Of a stretch of DNA of 64,000 bases, positions 30,285-40,331 are shown in pieces. Below the pieces are notes generated by a model. It was not told the origin of the DNA. It ran no database searches and worked only from the letters and a program-made list of their open reading frames with translations. The stretch is from Pirellulales bacterium (lineage in GTDB: Bacteria; Planctomycetota; Planctomycetia; Pirellulales; Thermoguttaceae): positions 2,355,933 through 2,419,932 of the forward strand of contig CAWJKP010000001.1 in NCBI GenBank assembly GCA_963843465.1. Direction: 5' to 3'. A program made the position numbers and the translations under genes. How positions within the stretch are numbered: position 1 is the first letter of the stretch; each line of letters begins with the position of its first letter.

Positions 30285-30364
30285 TCCGCAAAGTAGCAGG
30301 CACACTCCGTGTGCCGTCCGCCCGCGGAGGAGAGAGCGGACGGCACACGGAGTGTGCCTGCTAC
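30285..30364. repeat. Palindromic repeat family E (GTCCGCAAAGTAGCAGGCACACTCCGTGTGCCGTCCGC...GCGGACGGCACACGGAGTGTGCCTGCTAC)
   Basis: Copies at 30285-30364, 41700-41773 and 47428-47527, plus a half-copy at 43843-43870. Arms of about 30 bp with a variable loop. Confidence 0.55.
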
Positions 30365-30554
30365 GTTGAGCAATCTCCCAAATCCCGCCCGCCCCCCGAT
30401 CGCAGGAAGGTTTTCGCGCGGCTATAATAGAAGTCGCTCTTCGGCCGGTCCTCTTCCCTCATGGCCAAGATTGGACCCGTTTCGGCGAATACACGGATAC
30501 GGCGGCGGCCCTTCCGCGTAGCAGTACCTATCCCCCACAATGGGAGGATGAACG

Positions 30555-31296
30555 ATGACTTGGATCTTCCTCGTCTGTGCCGTCGCGGGCGGCACCATGT
30601 TGGTCTGCCAGGCCATTATGGCCCTGGTGGGACTGGGAGGCCATTTGATGGACTTCGACGCCGGCGGCGACGTCGACCACGATCTGTCCGGCGACTTCCA
30701 CGATCTGTCCGGCGACTTCCATGGGGGGACGTCCACGGCGGCGATCTGCACGCCGATTCCGGCGGCCTCCACGACGGAGGTGGCGGCGATGCAGAGCATG
30801 GCGAGGGTGCCGCGCATCACGACGGTTCTGCGCATCACGAAACGGGCGATCATGGGGCCTCAACCTGGCTGTTCCAGATGATTTCGCTCCGTACGCTGGT
30901 CGCTGCGCTGACCTTTTCGGCTTGGCCGGGATGGCGGCCCAGTCCTCCGGGGCGTCCGCCCCCAAAGTTCTGGCGGTCGCCCTGGCGGCCGGATTCGGCG
31001 CCATGTACTCCGTCTTTTGGATCATGCAGTCGCTGACCCGGCTCAGCGCCGACGGCACGGTCCACATCCAGCGGGCGATCGGCCGTGAGGCCAAGGTCTA
31101 CCTGCCGATCCCCGGCCACGGGGCGGGCGCCGGCAAGGTCTTCGTGAGCCTGCAAGGGCGGTCCATGGAATATCCGGCAACCACTTCCGGCGACCCCCTC
31201 TCCGCAGGAGCTAGAGTTGTCATAGTCAACGTGGTTGGCCAGAATACGCTCGAGGTCCAACCGGCCTTAGACCCTGAAAGGACGGCCCATGCCTAA
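30555..31296 (+). CDS. nfeD: NfeD-like membrane protein (N-terminal TM segments, His/Asp-rich linker, C-terminal OB-fold); two apparent frameshifts at G6 and C5 homopolymers
   Basis: Frame 0: MTWIFLVCAVAGGTMLVCQAIMALVGLGG...DHDLSGDFHDLSGDFHGG. Frame 2: ...HGASTWLFQMISLRTLVAALTFSAW. Frame 1: ...YSVFWIMQSLTRLSADGTVHIQRAIGREAKVYLPIPGHGAGAGKVFVSLQGRSMEYPATTSGDPLSAGARVVIVNVVGQNTLEV (NfeD beta-barrel). It lies immediately upstream of, and overlaps, the flotillin gene. Confidence 0.6.
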
Positions 31297-32891
31297 TTCT
31301 CTCCCCCTGGCCCAAGTCGAGTTGGGAAACACCGCTTCCTTGGTCTCGCTCATGGTGGTGGCCGGAGCGTTGGTGGCCTTCATCTTCATCGTCATGCTGG
31401 CCCGGCGCTTCAAACGCTGCCCGAGCAACAAGATCCTGGTGATCTACGGCAAGTCGGGCCGGGGCGAGGCGGCCACCTGCGTCCACGGCGGCGCGCGGTT
31501 CGTCTGGCCCTTGATCCAGGACTACGAGATGCTCAGCCTGGAGCCGATGCAGATCGAGATCCCGCTGCAGGCCGCGCTGTCGATGGAGAACATCCGCGTG
31601 AACGTGCCCAGCGTCTTCACCGTGGCCATCGGCACCACGCCCGAACAGATGCAGAACGCGGCCATCCGCCTCTTGGGCCTCACGCGAGCGCAGGTCAGCA
31701 AGCAGGCCGAAGAGATCATCCTCGGCCACTTCCGCCAGGTGATCGCCTCGATGCAGATCGAGGACATCAACCGCGACCGGGAGAAGTTCCTCAGCAACAT
31801 CCAGAACTCGCTGGAGCCCGAGCTCTCCAAGATCGGCCTGGTGCTGATCAACGTCAACATCACCGACATCACCGACGAGTCGGGCTACATCGAGGCCATC
31901 GGCAAGAAGGCCGCCAGCCAGGCCATCCAGAAGGCCCGCGGCGACGTGGCCGACAACGAGCGGATGGGCGAAATCCGCGTGGCCGACGCCGAGCGCGAGA
32001 AGGCCGTCCAGGTGGCCAACGCCATGAAGGTCCGCGAGATCGGTACCCGCGAAGCCAAGCGCGAACAGGCCGTCCGCGTGGCGGAGCTCGACAAGGAGCA
32101 GCAGGTGGGCGAGCAGCGGGCGGGCTTCGAGCGGGAAGCGGCCGTCAAGGACGCCGAGCGCGAAATGCGGATCAAGCTGGCCGACGCCAACGCCCGGGCG
32201 ATCGAAGGCGAAAACAAGGCCAAGGCCGACGTCGTCGCCTCGCAGGCCGCTTTGCAGGTCAAGCAGGCCGAGGCCTACCAGCTCGGCGAGACCAAGAAGC
32301 GCGAGGCCGAGGCCGCCGTGCTCCAGGCCCAGCACGTGGCCATGGCCAAGGCGGCGATCGCCGAGGCGCAGCGGGTCGAGGCCCAGCGCCGCGCCGAGCT
32401 GGAGGCCCCGGCCAAGGCCGAGAAGGCCCGGGTGATCGTCGACGCCGAGGCCGAGGCCCAGAAGCGCCGCATCGAGGCCGAAGGCCAGGCCGCGGCGATC
32501 TTCGCCAAGCTCGACGCCGAAGCCCGCGGCCAGTTCCAGATCCTGGCCAAGAAAGGCGAGGGCCTGAAGCAGATCATCGACGCCTGCGGCGGCGCTCGAG
32601 CAGGCCTTCCAGATGATGATGCTGGAGCACTTCGACCATCTCGTCGAGGCTTCGGCCCAGGCGATCTCCAACATCAAGTTCGACAAGATCGTGGTCTGGG
32701 AGGGCAACGGTAAAGACGGCCACAGCGCCACGGCCAAGTGGCTCCAGGACATGGCCCGCACGCTGCCGCCGATGATGCAGGTGATGAAAGACATCGGCGG
32801 CGTGGAGATCCCCGAGACCCTGGCCCGCTTCACGAGCCTCGACGGCAAGAGCGCCAGCGGGCCGGTGCCGACAGAGGCGAAGAAGGGCTGA
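31289..32891 (+). CDS. floA: Flotillin / SPFH (band-7) family protein; apparent frameshift near 32595
   Basis: N-terminal TM segment, SPFH domain (...ILVIYGKSGRGEAATCVHGGARFVWPLIQDYEMLSLEPMQIEI...) and a long E/A/K-rich coiled coil. The C-terminal segment (MMMLEHFDHLVEASAQAISNIKFDKIVVWEGNG...) continues in the next frame. Confidence 0.8.
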
Positions 32892-32938
32892 GGCGGCAGC
32901 TCCCTCTTGCTCCGGGAGAGGGTGGGGACGGGGCGAGA

Positions 32939-33277
32939 CTACGATGGCCGAATAGATCGTTTCCGTCGGCTGCGGACTGGCTTGGCCCGGCCCGCTAACC
33001 ACTTCTTGAACGAGCGTTGACTCTCGGCTGACGGCTGGCCGGCAAGCAAGTTGGCGACGCTGACGTCCTCGTCGATCGCCGGCCAATGGATGCCCCGCCC
33101 ACCCCCGAGCAGCCGCCAAGCCCCCCGCTCCTCGGCCGAGGCGTGCGACAGCCGGGGAAACCAGGCCAGCGGTGCGGCGATGGTACGGCCATCGGCCAAC
33201 TCGACCGATAGGGTGTCATCGCTTACCGCAACATGGGTAGCCAATGCCTCGCGGGTTTCAACCGTGGAAGAACTCAT
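32939..33277 (-). CDS. DUF2442 domain protein (partner of DUF4160)
   Basis: 112 aa. ...LSVELADGRTIAAPLAWFPRLSHASAEERGAWRLLGGGRGIHWPAIDEDVSV is the DUF2442 consensus. It overlaps the upstream DUF4160 gene by about 20 nt. Confidence 0.6.
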   Translation of the reverse strand: MSSSTVETREALATHVAVSDDTLSVELADGRTIAAPLAWFPRLSHASAEERGAWRLLGGGRGIHWPAIDEDVSVANLLAGQPSAESQRSFKKWLAGRAKPVRSRRKRSIRPS

Positions 33278-33494
33278 TCCAACCCTCCAATAACTGCTCC
33301 CGATGCTCCGCGACCAGCTCGCGGATTCGGTTGATCTCTTTCCTGCCGAAGCCGCGGCTATGCGTCAACCGGACTGGGTCGAGCCAGAACTTCGCCTCGC
33401 AGTCGTTGCGTTCGACGTGGACGTGAGGCGGCTCGCCCCCATCGCCGGCGTAGAAGTAGAACCGGAATGGACCCGCTCGAAGTACAGTCGGCAT
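33258..33494 (-). CDS. DUF4160 domain protein (partner of DUF2442)
   Basis: 78 aa. MPTVLRAGPFRFYFYAGDGGEPPHVHVERNDCEAKFWLDPV is the DUF4160 pattern. Confidence 0.6.
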   Translation of the reverse strand: MPTVLRAGPFRFYFYAGDGGEPPHVHVERNDCEAKFWLDPVRLTHSRGFGRKEINRIRELVAEHREQLLEGWNEFFHG

Positions 33495-33540
33495 GCGCCA
33501 ATGCTACACCAACCTGGTGCAACGAGCAACAGCCAAACAG

Positions 33541-33643
33541 GTCAGGCACCCCGTGCCTGACGGCTGGCCGGAATGACCCACCATCGCCAGGCGACGTGGC
33601 TCGATGGAGTTCGATTTCAGGTCGTCAGGCGCGGGGTGCCTGA
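33541..33643. terminator. Pair of inverted GC-rich hairpins (TCAGGCACCCCGTGCCTGA and its complement-like partner) between the two toxin-antitoxin-like operons
   Basis: 8-bp stems with 3-nt loops at 33541-33561 and 33622-33643. They sit downstream of the DUF433-DUF5615 operon on the minus strand. No clear U-tract, so factor-independent function is uncertain. Confidence 0.3.
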
Positions 33644-33678
33644 GCTCCCTGGCTGCCCCGGGAGGAACGCGGCTTACC

Positions 33679-34040
33679 CTACTTGCTCGTTCGTATGCGA
33701 ATGCGGACTTCGTCGACGATGGCCAACCCGCCGCGGATTCGCTCCAGGATTCCCGACGCCACCAAATGGCGCGCCGGTTCCTGCAGCACCGCCCAACGCT
33801 GATCGTGAAGCCGAAATACGACGATTCCCCCGTGGCTGCCGACGGGAAAACTTCTCACGTCGGCGAAATCCAGATCGAAGGTCACGAGGACGCGGTTCTC
33901 GGTCGTGGCCGCTTGCAGAATCGTCGGGTCGGCCGCTCCGCCGAGGCCCTCTTCGGCAACGGTCAATGCATCGTGGCCCGCTTGGCGAAGCAGCTCCGTC
34001 ATGGCTGACGGCATGTTTGCGTCGAGCTTGACTCTCATTG
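33679..34040 (-). CDS. DUF5615 (PIN-like / Mut7-C-like) domain protein, putative toxin
   Basis: MRVKLDANMPSAMTELLRQAGHDALTVAEEGLGGAADPTILQAATTENRVLVTFDLDFADV... matches the DUF5615 pattern. Its start overlaps the DUF433 stop (ATGA-type overlap). Confidence 0.6.
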
Positions 34041-34322
34041 CGTCGGTACGGTGTGCAGCGGTTGCTGCTCCTCTTCGTGGGCGAGCCACGCCGCGTATCC
34101 CAGAGCGGCGCGAATGTCGTCGTCCGTCAGCGCCGGATACTGTCGCCGGATTTCCTCGGCGGTCTGCCCCCCCTTGAGGTAGTCGAGGATGATCGAGACC
34201 ATGATCCGGGTGCCCCTGATGCACGGTCTGCCATGACAGACCTTCGCGTCAACGGTAATACGTTCTTGCCAAGTCACGGTGAGCATCTCCACGAGCAGTT
34301 CAGGGTGGTTTTCGGATACCAA
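34035..34322 (-). CDS. DUF433 domain protein, putative antitoxin
   Basis: ...ITVDAKVCHGRPCIRGTRIMVSIILDYLKGGQTAEEIRRQYPALTDDDIRAALGYAAW is the canonical DUF433 sequence. Confidence 0.65.
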   Translation of the reverse strand: MVSENHPELLVEMLTVTWQERITVDAKVCHGRPCIRGTRIMVSIILDYLKGGQTAEEIRRQYPALTDDDIRAALGYAAWLAHEEEQQPLHTVPTQ

Positions 34323-34500
34323 GTATTATAACCGCCTCACGCCGCCCGCCCAATCTGCTGCATAATGGCGGCGAGATCCCCGTCGTGCTCCGGCCAAAGA
34401 ACAAAATGCCAGTGGTTGGACGGCAGGCAGCAGGCGCACACTCGCACCGGGAAATTGACGCGGGCTGGGCACCGACCTAAGATGCAAGTGCAGGCCGATC

Positions 34501-35055
34501 ATGACCACAACCGAACCGCTGATAACTGCCGAGTATCTCTTGCGAGCCCACGACCTGGGACGATGCGAATTGGTCCGCGGGGAACTGATTATGATGTCGC
34601 CTGCGGGGGCTGAGCATGGGAGGATCATCTACAATATCGAGGCACGGCTGGCGCCCTACGTATTGCAGCGGGGAGTTGGCTGCATCTTTGGGGCCGAAAC
34701 GGGCTTTCATATCGCCCACGACCCGGATACCGTCCGAGCGCCGGACATAGCCTTTGTCAGCATGGACCGGCTTCCTCCGCAGCCGCCCAAGGGGTTCTTT
34801 CCAGGGCCGCCGGATCTGGCCGTGGAAGTGGTCTCGCCCGACGAACGGGAAAACGAGGTCCTAGCGAAAGTTCAGAACTGGCTGGATGTCGGATGCCGGG
34901 CCGTCTGGCTGGTCGATCCCCGCCGGCAGACCGTTGGCGTCTACCAAAGTGGAAACGAGACCCAGGTTTTCGGACTCTCCGACACGCTCGTCGGCGGCCC
35001 CCTGCTGCCGGGTTTTTCCCTTGCGGTGGCGGAGGTCTTCAAGTGGAAACCGTAG
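34501..35055 (+). CDS. Uma2-family (DUF820) putative restriction-endonuclease-like protein
   Basis: ...YELVRGELIMMSPAGAEHGRIIYNIEARL...APDIAFVSMDRL...PDLAVEVVSPDE... matches the D/E-x-K Uma2 pattern. Confidence 0.7.
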   Translation: MTTTEPLITAEYLLRAHDLGRCELVRGELIMMSPAGAEHGRIIYNIEARLAPYVLQRGVGCIFGAETGFHIAHDPDTVRAPDIAFVSMDRLPPQPPKGFFPGPPDLAVEVVSPDERENEVLAKVQNWLDVGCRAVWLVDPRRQTVGVYQSGNETQVFGLSDTLVGGPLLPGFSLAVAEVFKWKP

Positions 35056-35084
35056 GCTCCCAGCCCGCACTTCTCACCAGTTCC

Positions 35085-35190
35085 CTCGTAGCATGGGCAT
35101 TCTTGCCCGTGTTTTCGGCATCCCGCGGGTAGGAATGCCCATGCTGCCATGCCGGCAGGCGGGCCCACACGGGCAGGAATGCCCACGCTA
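35085..35190. repeat. Palindromic repeat family D (GGGCAGGAATGCCCA-type), tandem double copy
   Basis: TAGCATGGGCATTCTTGCCC...GGTAGGAATGCCCATGCT...GGGCAGGAATGCCCACGCTAC. Confidence 0.45.
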
Positions 35191-37418
35191 CTACGCCAGC
35201 GGCTCCGATTCTGCCGGCTCCGCGCCGTGCTCAGCCTCGGGGTGCATCCAGCGGCTCAGAAGCGGCGACAGGGCGAAGCAGATCAGGGCCGAGATCACCG
35301 AGGCGACGGCAATCTTGCCGTAGACATCGCCGTAGAGATGGACCGTCTGGCTGGGCACGGGAATCCCGCCCGCCGCTTCCTTCACGCTGGTGAACTGGGC
35401 GATGATCGCGGCCAGTAGTTGCGCGAAGGCCGTGGCCAGGAACCAGACGCCCATCACCGTGCTCACCAGCCGGGCGGGCGAGAGCCGGGTGATCATCGAC
35501 AGCCCTACCGGCGACAGGCAGAGCTCGCCGGTGGTGTGGAACAGGTAGCCCAGGAAGAGCCACCCCAAGGCCACCATGCCCCGCGAGTCGGCCGTCTGCG
35601 CGCCCAGCCAGAAGGCGACGAAGCCCAGGCCCAGTTGCAACAGCCCCAAGGCGAACTTCACCGGCGTGCTCGGCTCCAGGCCGCGATCGGCGAGGAAACC
35701 CCAGAGGGCCGTGAAGACCAGCCCGAAAATCAGGATGTAGATCGCGTTGACGGACTGGAACGTGCTGGCGGGGATCTCCCGCACGCGGTCGGCGATGCCC
35801 ATACGGACGTCGTCGCGGGTCACCTTCCAGTCGATCGTAAACTGCGGATCGCGAGCGTGGTCCTTGCGCAGGCTGTCCAGCACGTCCAGCGTGAACAGCT
35901 CCGGCCCGTTGTGGTAGCCGAGCTGTTCCTGGGTGGGCTGGAGGCGGATCGTGCGGCCGACTTCGGCGGCGGCGATCGTCCGCTGGCGGATGACGCGGTT
36001 GACGTTGCGGTCGGTGAAGTTGTTCAGCGAGCTTCCCGCCTGCTCGAAGAAGGCGAAGAAGATCATGCAGAAGAAGGTGAGGATCAGCACCACGTACATC
36101 CGTTGCCGGGCGATGCGCTGCAGGCGGAAGGTCTCGAAGGCCAGGTACGTCGCGGCCGTCAGCCCGGCCAACAAGAGCACCAGCCCCGCCGGCCGGCTGG
36201 CCTCGCGGAGCACGACGGCCGCCATGTCGGCGGCTGCGCTATGGCGGCCCTGAAGGTTCTCGATGACGGAGTCGGGAACCAGCGTGATGCCCCGCTTGGC
36301 CTCGGTCAAGAAGGAGAAGCCGGAGACCAAGAATACGAAGATCATGATCGCCACCGGGATGCCCAGGTAGACCAGCCATTCGGCAGGGAACCGTTGGGCC
36401 AACGTCGGCCTCAGCCGCCGGTGCTCGGGCGGGGCGCCGGCGCCGGCCGGCAGTCCGCCCCGCGTCAGGGCCACCCAGGCCACCGCGGCGGCTGTCAGCA
36501 GCGACAGGCCGACGAAGACGTTGATTGCCGTGGAGAACGGGTTCTCGGGATGAAAGACCAGCAGCGCCAGGGCCCCGGCCAGGGCCCCCGCCGCGATCAA
36601 GATATTGGCAATGCGGGCGGGGAAAAAGTACATGGCCAGGGCAGCCGCCGCCAGGTAAAGTCCCGCCAGCAGATACCGCCCCAGGTGTAGTTGGAGCGAG
36701 AGTCCAACGTGTAGCTGGATGGCGATCCACGCCGGATGGTAGAGATGAGCACCCAGCAACACCAGGGCGCAGGCGATGGTCACGCAGCCGATCGTGATCT
36801 GGGCGACACGCGAGCGCGCCACGAACACGGCCACCCCGATGAGCATTCCGATCGTGGCCAGGCCGAAGCCCAGGCCCCAGTCGTAGGTCTCGCCGATGTA
36901 GCCGCACAACAGCGGCGACATGGCGGCGCCCAGGTTGACCCCCATGTAGAAGATCGTGAATCCGCCGTCGCGCTTGGGGCTGCCGGCGCGTAGAGCGTGC
37001 CGACGATCGTGGAGATGTTGGGCTTGAAGAAGCCGTTGCCGCAAATCAAAAGCGCCAAGGCCGTGAAGAAGGTCAGGGTCGCCGCAGCGGTCAGCGGCAG
37101 TTGCCCGGCGGTCATCAGCAGCAGTTGCCCGGCGGCCATCAGCAGTCCGCCCAGGATCACCGCCCGGCGGGCGCCGAGCAGCCGGTCGGCGAGGATTCCG
37201 CCGAAGAAGGGCGCCATGTAGACCAGCGCCGTGTAGGCCCCGTAGACCGCGTAGGCTTCACTGTCCTGGTACTTGAGGAAGCCCTTGGTCATGTAGAAGA
37301 CCAGCAGGGCCCTCATGCCGTAGTAGGAGAACCGCTCCCACATCTCGGCGAAGAAGAGCGTGAACAGGCCCGTGGGATGTCCGAAGAGGACGCGGGAGGG
37401 AGCGTTGTTGGCAATCAT
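35191..37418 (-). CDS. dtpT: Proton-dependent oligopeptide transporter (POT/PTR2, MFS superfamily); apparent frameshift near 36985
   Basis: N-terminal ORF: GHPTGLFTLFFAEMWERFSYYGMRALLVFYMT...ICGNGFFKPNISTIVGTLY (PTR2 signature 1). C-terminal ORF: FTIFYMGVNLGAAMSPLLCGYIGETYDWGLGFGLATIGML... and the extended POT C-terminus. The two frames overlap at 36780-37044. Confidence 0.8.
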
Positions 37419-37579
37419 TGAGGATACGGCAGCAAGGAAAGCCGGTAATCACGAAAGCCCGAAAGGACGAAAATCTGAAAACAGACAGAATCCATCGAGT
37501 GTACTCCAATCGTTTCGCCGGCTTCTTTCGGGTCTTCGTCTTTTCGCGATTTCGTGATTCTTTTCCTCATCTTGCCAGG

Positions 37580-38428
37580 TCAGTCCCTCGGTGCTTTCGT
37601 ATAGCGGCAGGCCACGTGGAAGGCGCCGAAATCCCTGTCGGCGATGCCTGGCATTTTCCCCTTCATCAGTGCGAGTTGAGGCATGAAGCCCTCGCGGATT
37701 TCCAGGCTCACGGGCATCGAGGTGATCGCGGCCTTCTCGAAGTGGAAATCGAACGTATAGATGTTGTAGACTCCTTCGTGCCGGAGCACCAGGGGTTGGG
37801 AGAGCATGGCCTCGACCTGCCGCAGCGAATGGTTCCCCGCGGCCACCGGCTTGAGGTGGGCATAGTCCATCTGGGCCCCCAAAACGGTGCCGGCACCGTC
37901 GGGCGTGATACGGTAGGTCTCATCGGTGGTCGCGATCGGCGTGTAGATCTTGGGCCAGCCCGACTGCCGGACGCCCTTGGTGGTCCCCTTGAGGCTGTCG
38001 GTGTAGACCCGCACGAAGTGGAAGACGGGCGTGCCGCGCGGTGCGGTCTCCAACCGCAGGTAGGGGACTGCCACGAAGGTCTCGAGGAAATGTCGCCCGA
38101 ACCGCGGCTTGACGGTGACCAGCTTCTCCCGGGCCAGGTCGTCGATCGAGCCGAACATCACGATCACCGGGCGGTCCCGGTAGGGGCACTCCGAGGCCAG
38201 TTGCAGGCCCGGCGGCAGCCACGAGCGGACCACGCCGGGCGGCAGGAACAAAGGCACCACCATTCCCGAAAAACTGCCCGACATGATCTCCGGCCGCTTC
38301 CCACCCGGCCGCTCGCTTTCCGCGGGCTTGCCTTCTTTCGCCGGTGCCCCGTGGCAAACGGTTGCCGTCAGGATCGCCAGCGTCAGCAATGCCGGGAGCG
38401 TCGTGGAAGAACGTTGGTGAGATGACAT
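37580..38428 (-). CDS. Hypothetical secreted protein
   Basis: Signal peptide MSSHQRSSTTLPALLTLAILTATVCHGAPA. No family-level motif recognised. Confidence 0.45.
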   Translation of the reverse strand: MSSHQRSSTTLPALLTLAILTATVCHGAPAKEGKPAESERPGGKRPEIMSGSFSGMVVPLFLPPGVVRSWLPPGLQLASECPYRDRPVIVMFGSIDDLAREKLVTVKPRFGRHFLETFVAVPYLRLETAPRGTPVFHFVRVYTDSLKGTTKGVRQSGWPKIYTPIATTDETYRITPDGAGTVLGAQMDYAHLKPVAAGNHSLRQVEAMLSQPLVLRHEGVYNIYTFDFHFEKAAITSMPVSLEIREGFMPQLALMKGKMPGIADRDFGAFHVACRYTKAPRD

Positions 38429-38470
38429 GGCTTCCTCCTTGTCAACGGCCGATGAACCCTGATGGCAACC

Positions 38471-38570
38471 GTAGGATGGGACAAGTTCGCGCAAGCGAGC
38501 GCCGGCCCATCAATGCTCTGCTCGGTGGGCCGGCGGCCGCAAAGGCGGCCTTGTCCCATCCTACCTCCTT
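38471..38570. repeat. Palindromic repeat family C copy (full hairpin)
   Basis: CCGTAGGATGGGACAAGTTCGCGCAAGCGAGCGCCGGCCCATC...GGTGGGCCGGCGGCCGCAAAGGCGGCCTTGTCCCATCCTAC. Confidence 0.45.
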
Positions 38571-38846
38571 TATTGTCGCCTTTCGGGCGCTTGGATTTGA
38601 AGGACATGGGGAAAACGCGGGCTGTGCTAGCCGTATTGTGGGCAATTTAGGATAAATGGGCGCAATGCCCGAGCTTGTCGTGGGCATGACTCGGCGGGAT
38701 TCACGCGTCGAGATGCTCTGCTGGATTGCTTGACCGGGGAGAATGAGCTGCCTAGACTCAATTGAACGCCGGCTCGCCAAGCCGCCGCACCGTCTTGGGG
38801 GGGATAGTCCCTTACGATCGGTCCATCTTCAAGGTTGCACTTGCCC

Positions 38847-40331
38847 ATGGATGGCAGTACGCAGACCCGTCTTGTGGAAGCCTGGCAGCAGACCTTCGAT
38901 TTGCTGCCGGATCTGATTATGATCCTCGACGATCAGCAACGGGTCGTGCGAGTCAACCGGGCGCTGGCCGAGAAGGTGGGCCGCCCACCGCAGGAGTTGG
39001 TGGGGCAGCCCTGCTATCGGCTCATTCACGGGGCCGATTCGCCGCCCTTCTTCTGCCCCCACTGGCAAATGCTCCGTGACAACCGCCCGTGTACGGCTGA
39101 AGTGGCCGAGGAGCGGCTCCAGGGCGTCTTCCAGGTGTCGGTGATCCCGGTCCATCACGACGACGGGTCGCCGGCCGGCTCCGTCCACGTCGCCCGCGAC
39201 ATCAGCCGGCACAGCCATTCCCCCCAGGCGGCCGATGAGGCCCTGCGCAACCGCGACCGGTTCCTGGCAGTGCTCTCGCACCAGCTCCGCAATCCGCTCG
39301 GGGCCATTCTCAACGCAGTTCAGGTGGCCGAGCGCATCGCGCCGGCCCAGCCCCAGCTTGCCGAGATCCTCGGCCTGATCCAGCGCCAAGCCCGGCAGAT
39401 GGGCGGATTGCTCAACGACCTGTTGGACGTCTCCCGCTTCGTCTTCCAGAAGATCGAGATCCGCCGCCAAAGGGTCGACCTGGTGGCCGTCGCCCAGGAA
39501 GCCGTGAAGGTCGTCCGGCCGCAGATCGAGCGCGGCGAGCAGACCCTCGACCTCGACTTCCGCGACGGTGACCCGACCGTCATGGGGGATCCCGTGCGGC
39601 TCCAGCAAATCCTCGTCAATCTGCTCCATAACGCCGTGAAATACACGCCGCCGGGCGGTTGCATCCGCCTCTCGCTGGGCCGCGAGGGAAGCCAAGCCGC
39701 GCTCGCCGTCCAGGACACGGGAATGGGCATATCGCAAGACATGCTGGAAAAGGTCTTCGATCCGTTCGTCCAGGCCCACGCCGTGGGCAACCGCCAGGAG
39801 GGCGGATTCGGCATAGGCTTGACCCTGGTGCGGATGTTGGTCGATCTCCACGGTGGAACGGTCACCGCATCCAGCGAGGGCCTGGGACGGGGCAGCCGCT
39901 TTCTGGTCCGACTGCCCTTGGCCGCCGACTCCCCGCGGCCGAGCGACGGCCAGGGCCCGCCGCGGCCATCCACGCCGGCCCTGAAGGTGCTGATCGTGGA
40001 AGATGACGCCGACAGCCGCGAGATGCTGCAATTGCTGCTGGAGCTGGACGGGCATGACGTGCGGGTGGCCGGCAACGTCGCGGCGGCGTTGGACCAGATC
40101 GCTCGCGAGGCGGTCGACGCGGTCGTGATCGACATTGGGCTGCCGGGCATGGACGGCTACGAGCTGGCCCGGCAGATCCGCGCCCGCCCGCACCACCGCT
40201 GCCCGCGGCTGGTGGCGCTGACCGGTTATGGGCAGCCTTCGGACCAGGCCGCCGTGAAAGACGCGGGCTTCGACAAACACCTGCTGAAGCCCTGCGACCC
40301 CGCGGAGCTGTCGCGGACCCTTGTCTTGTAG
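38847..40331 (+). CDS. Hybrid sensor histidine kinase (PAS - HisKA - HATPase_c - C-terminal receiver)
   Basis: PAS-like N-terminus. H-box LSHQLRNPLGAI. N/G boxes (LLHNAVKYT, DTGMGI, GFGIGL). C-terminal REC (KVLIVEDDADSREML...VVIDIGLPGMDGYEL...LTGYG...K). Confidence 0.8.
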   Translation: MDGSTQTRLVEAWQQTFDLLPDLIMILDDQQRVVRVNRALAEKVGRPPQELVGQPCYRLIHGADSPPFFCPHWQMLRDNRPCTAEVAEERLQGVFQVSVIPVHHDDGSPAGSVHVARDISRHSHSPQAADEALRNRDRFLAVLSHQLRNPLGAILNAVQVAERIAPAQPQLAEILGLIQRQARQMGGLLNDLLDVSRFVFQKIEIRRQRVDLVAVAQEAVKVVRPQIERGEQTLDLDFRDGDPTVMGDPVRLQQILVNLLHNAVKYTPPGGCIRLSLGREGSQAALAVQDTGMGISQDMLEKVFDPFVQAHAVGNRQEGGFGIGLTLVRMLVDLHGGTVTASSEGLGRGSRFLVRLPLAADSPRPSDGQGPPRPSTPALKVLIVEDDADSREMLQLLLELDGHDVRVAGNVAAALDQIAREAVDAVVIDIGLPGMDGYELARQIRARPHHRCPRLVALTGYGQPSDQAAVKDAGFDKHLLKPCDPAELSRTLVL

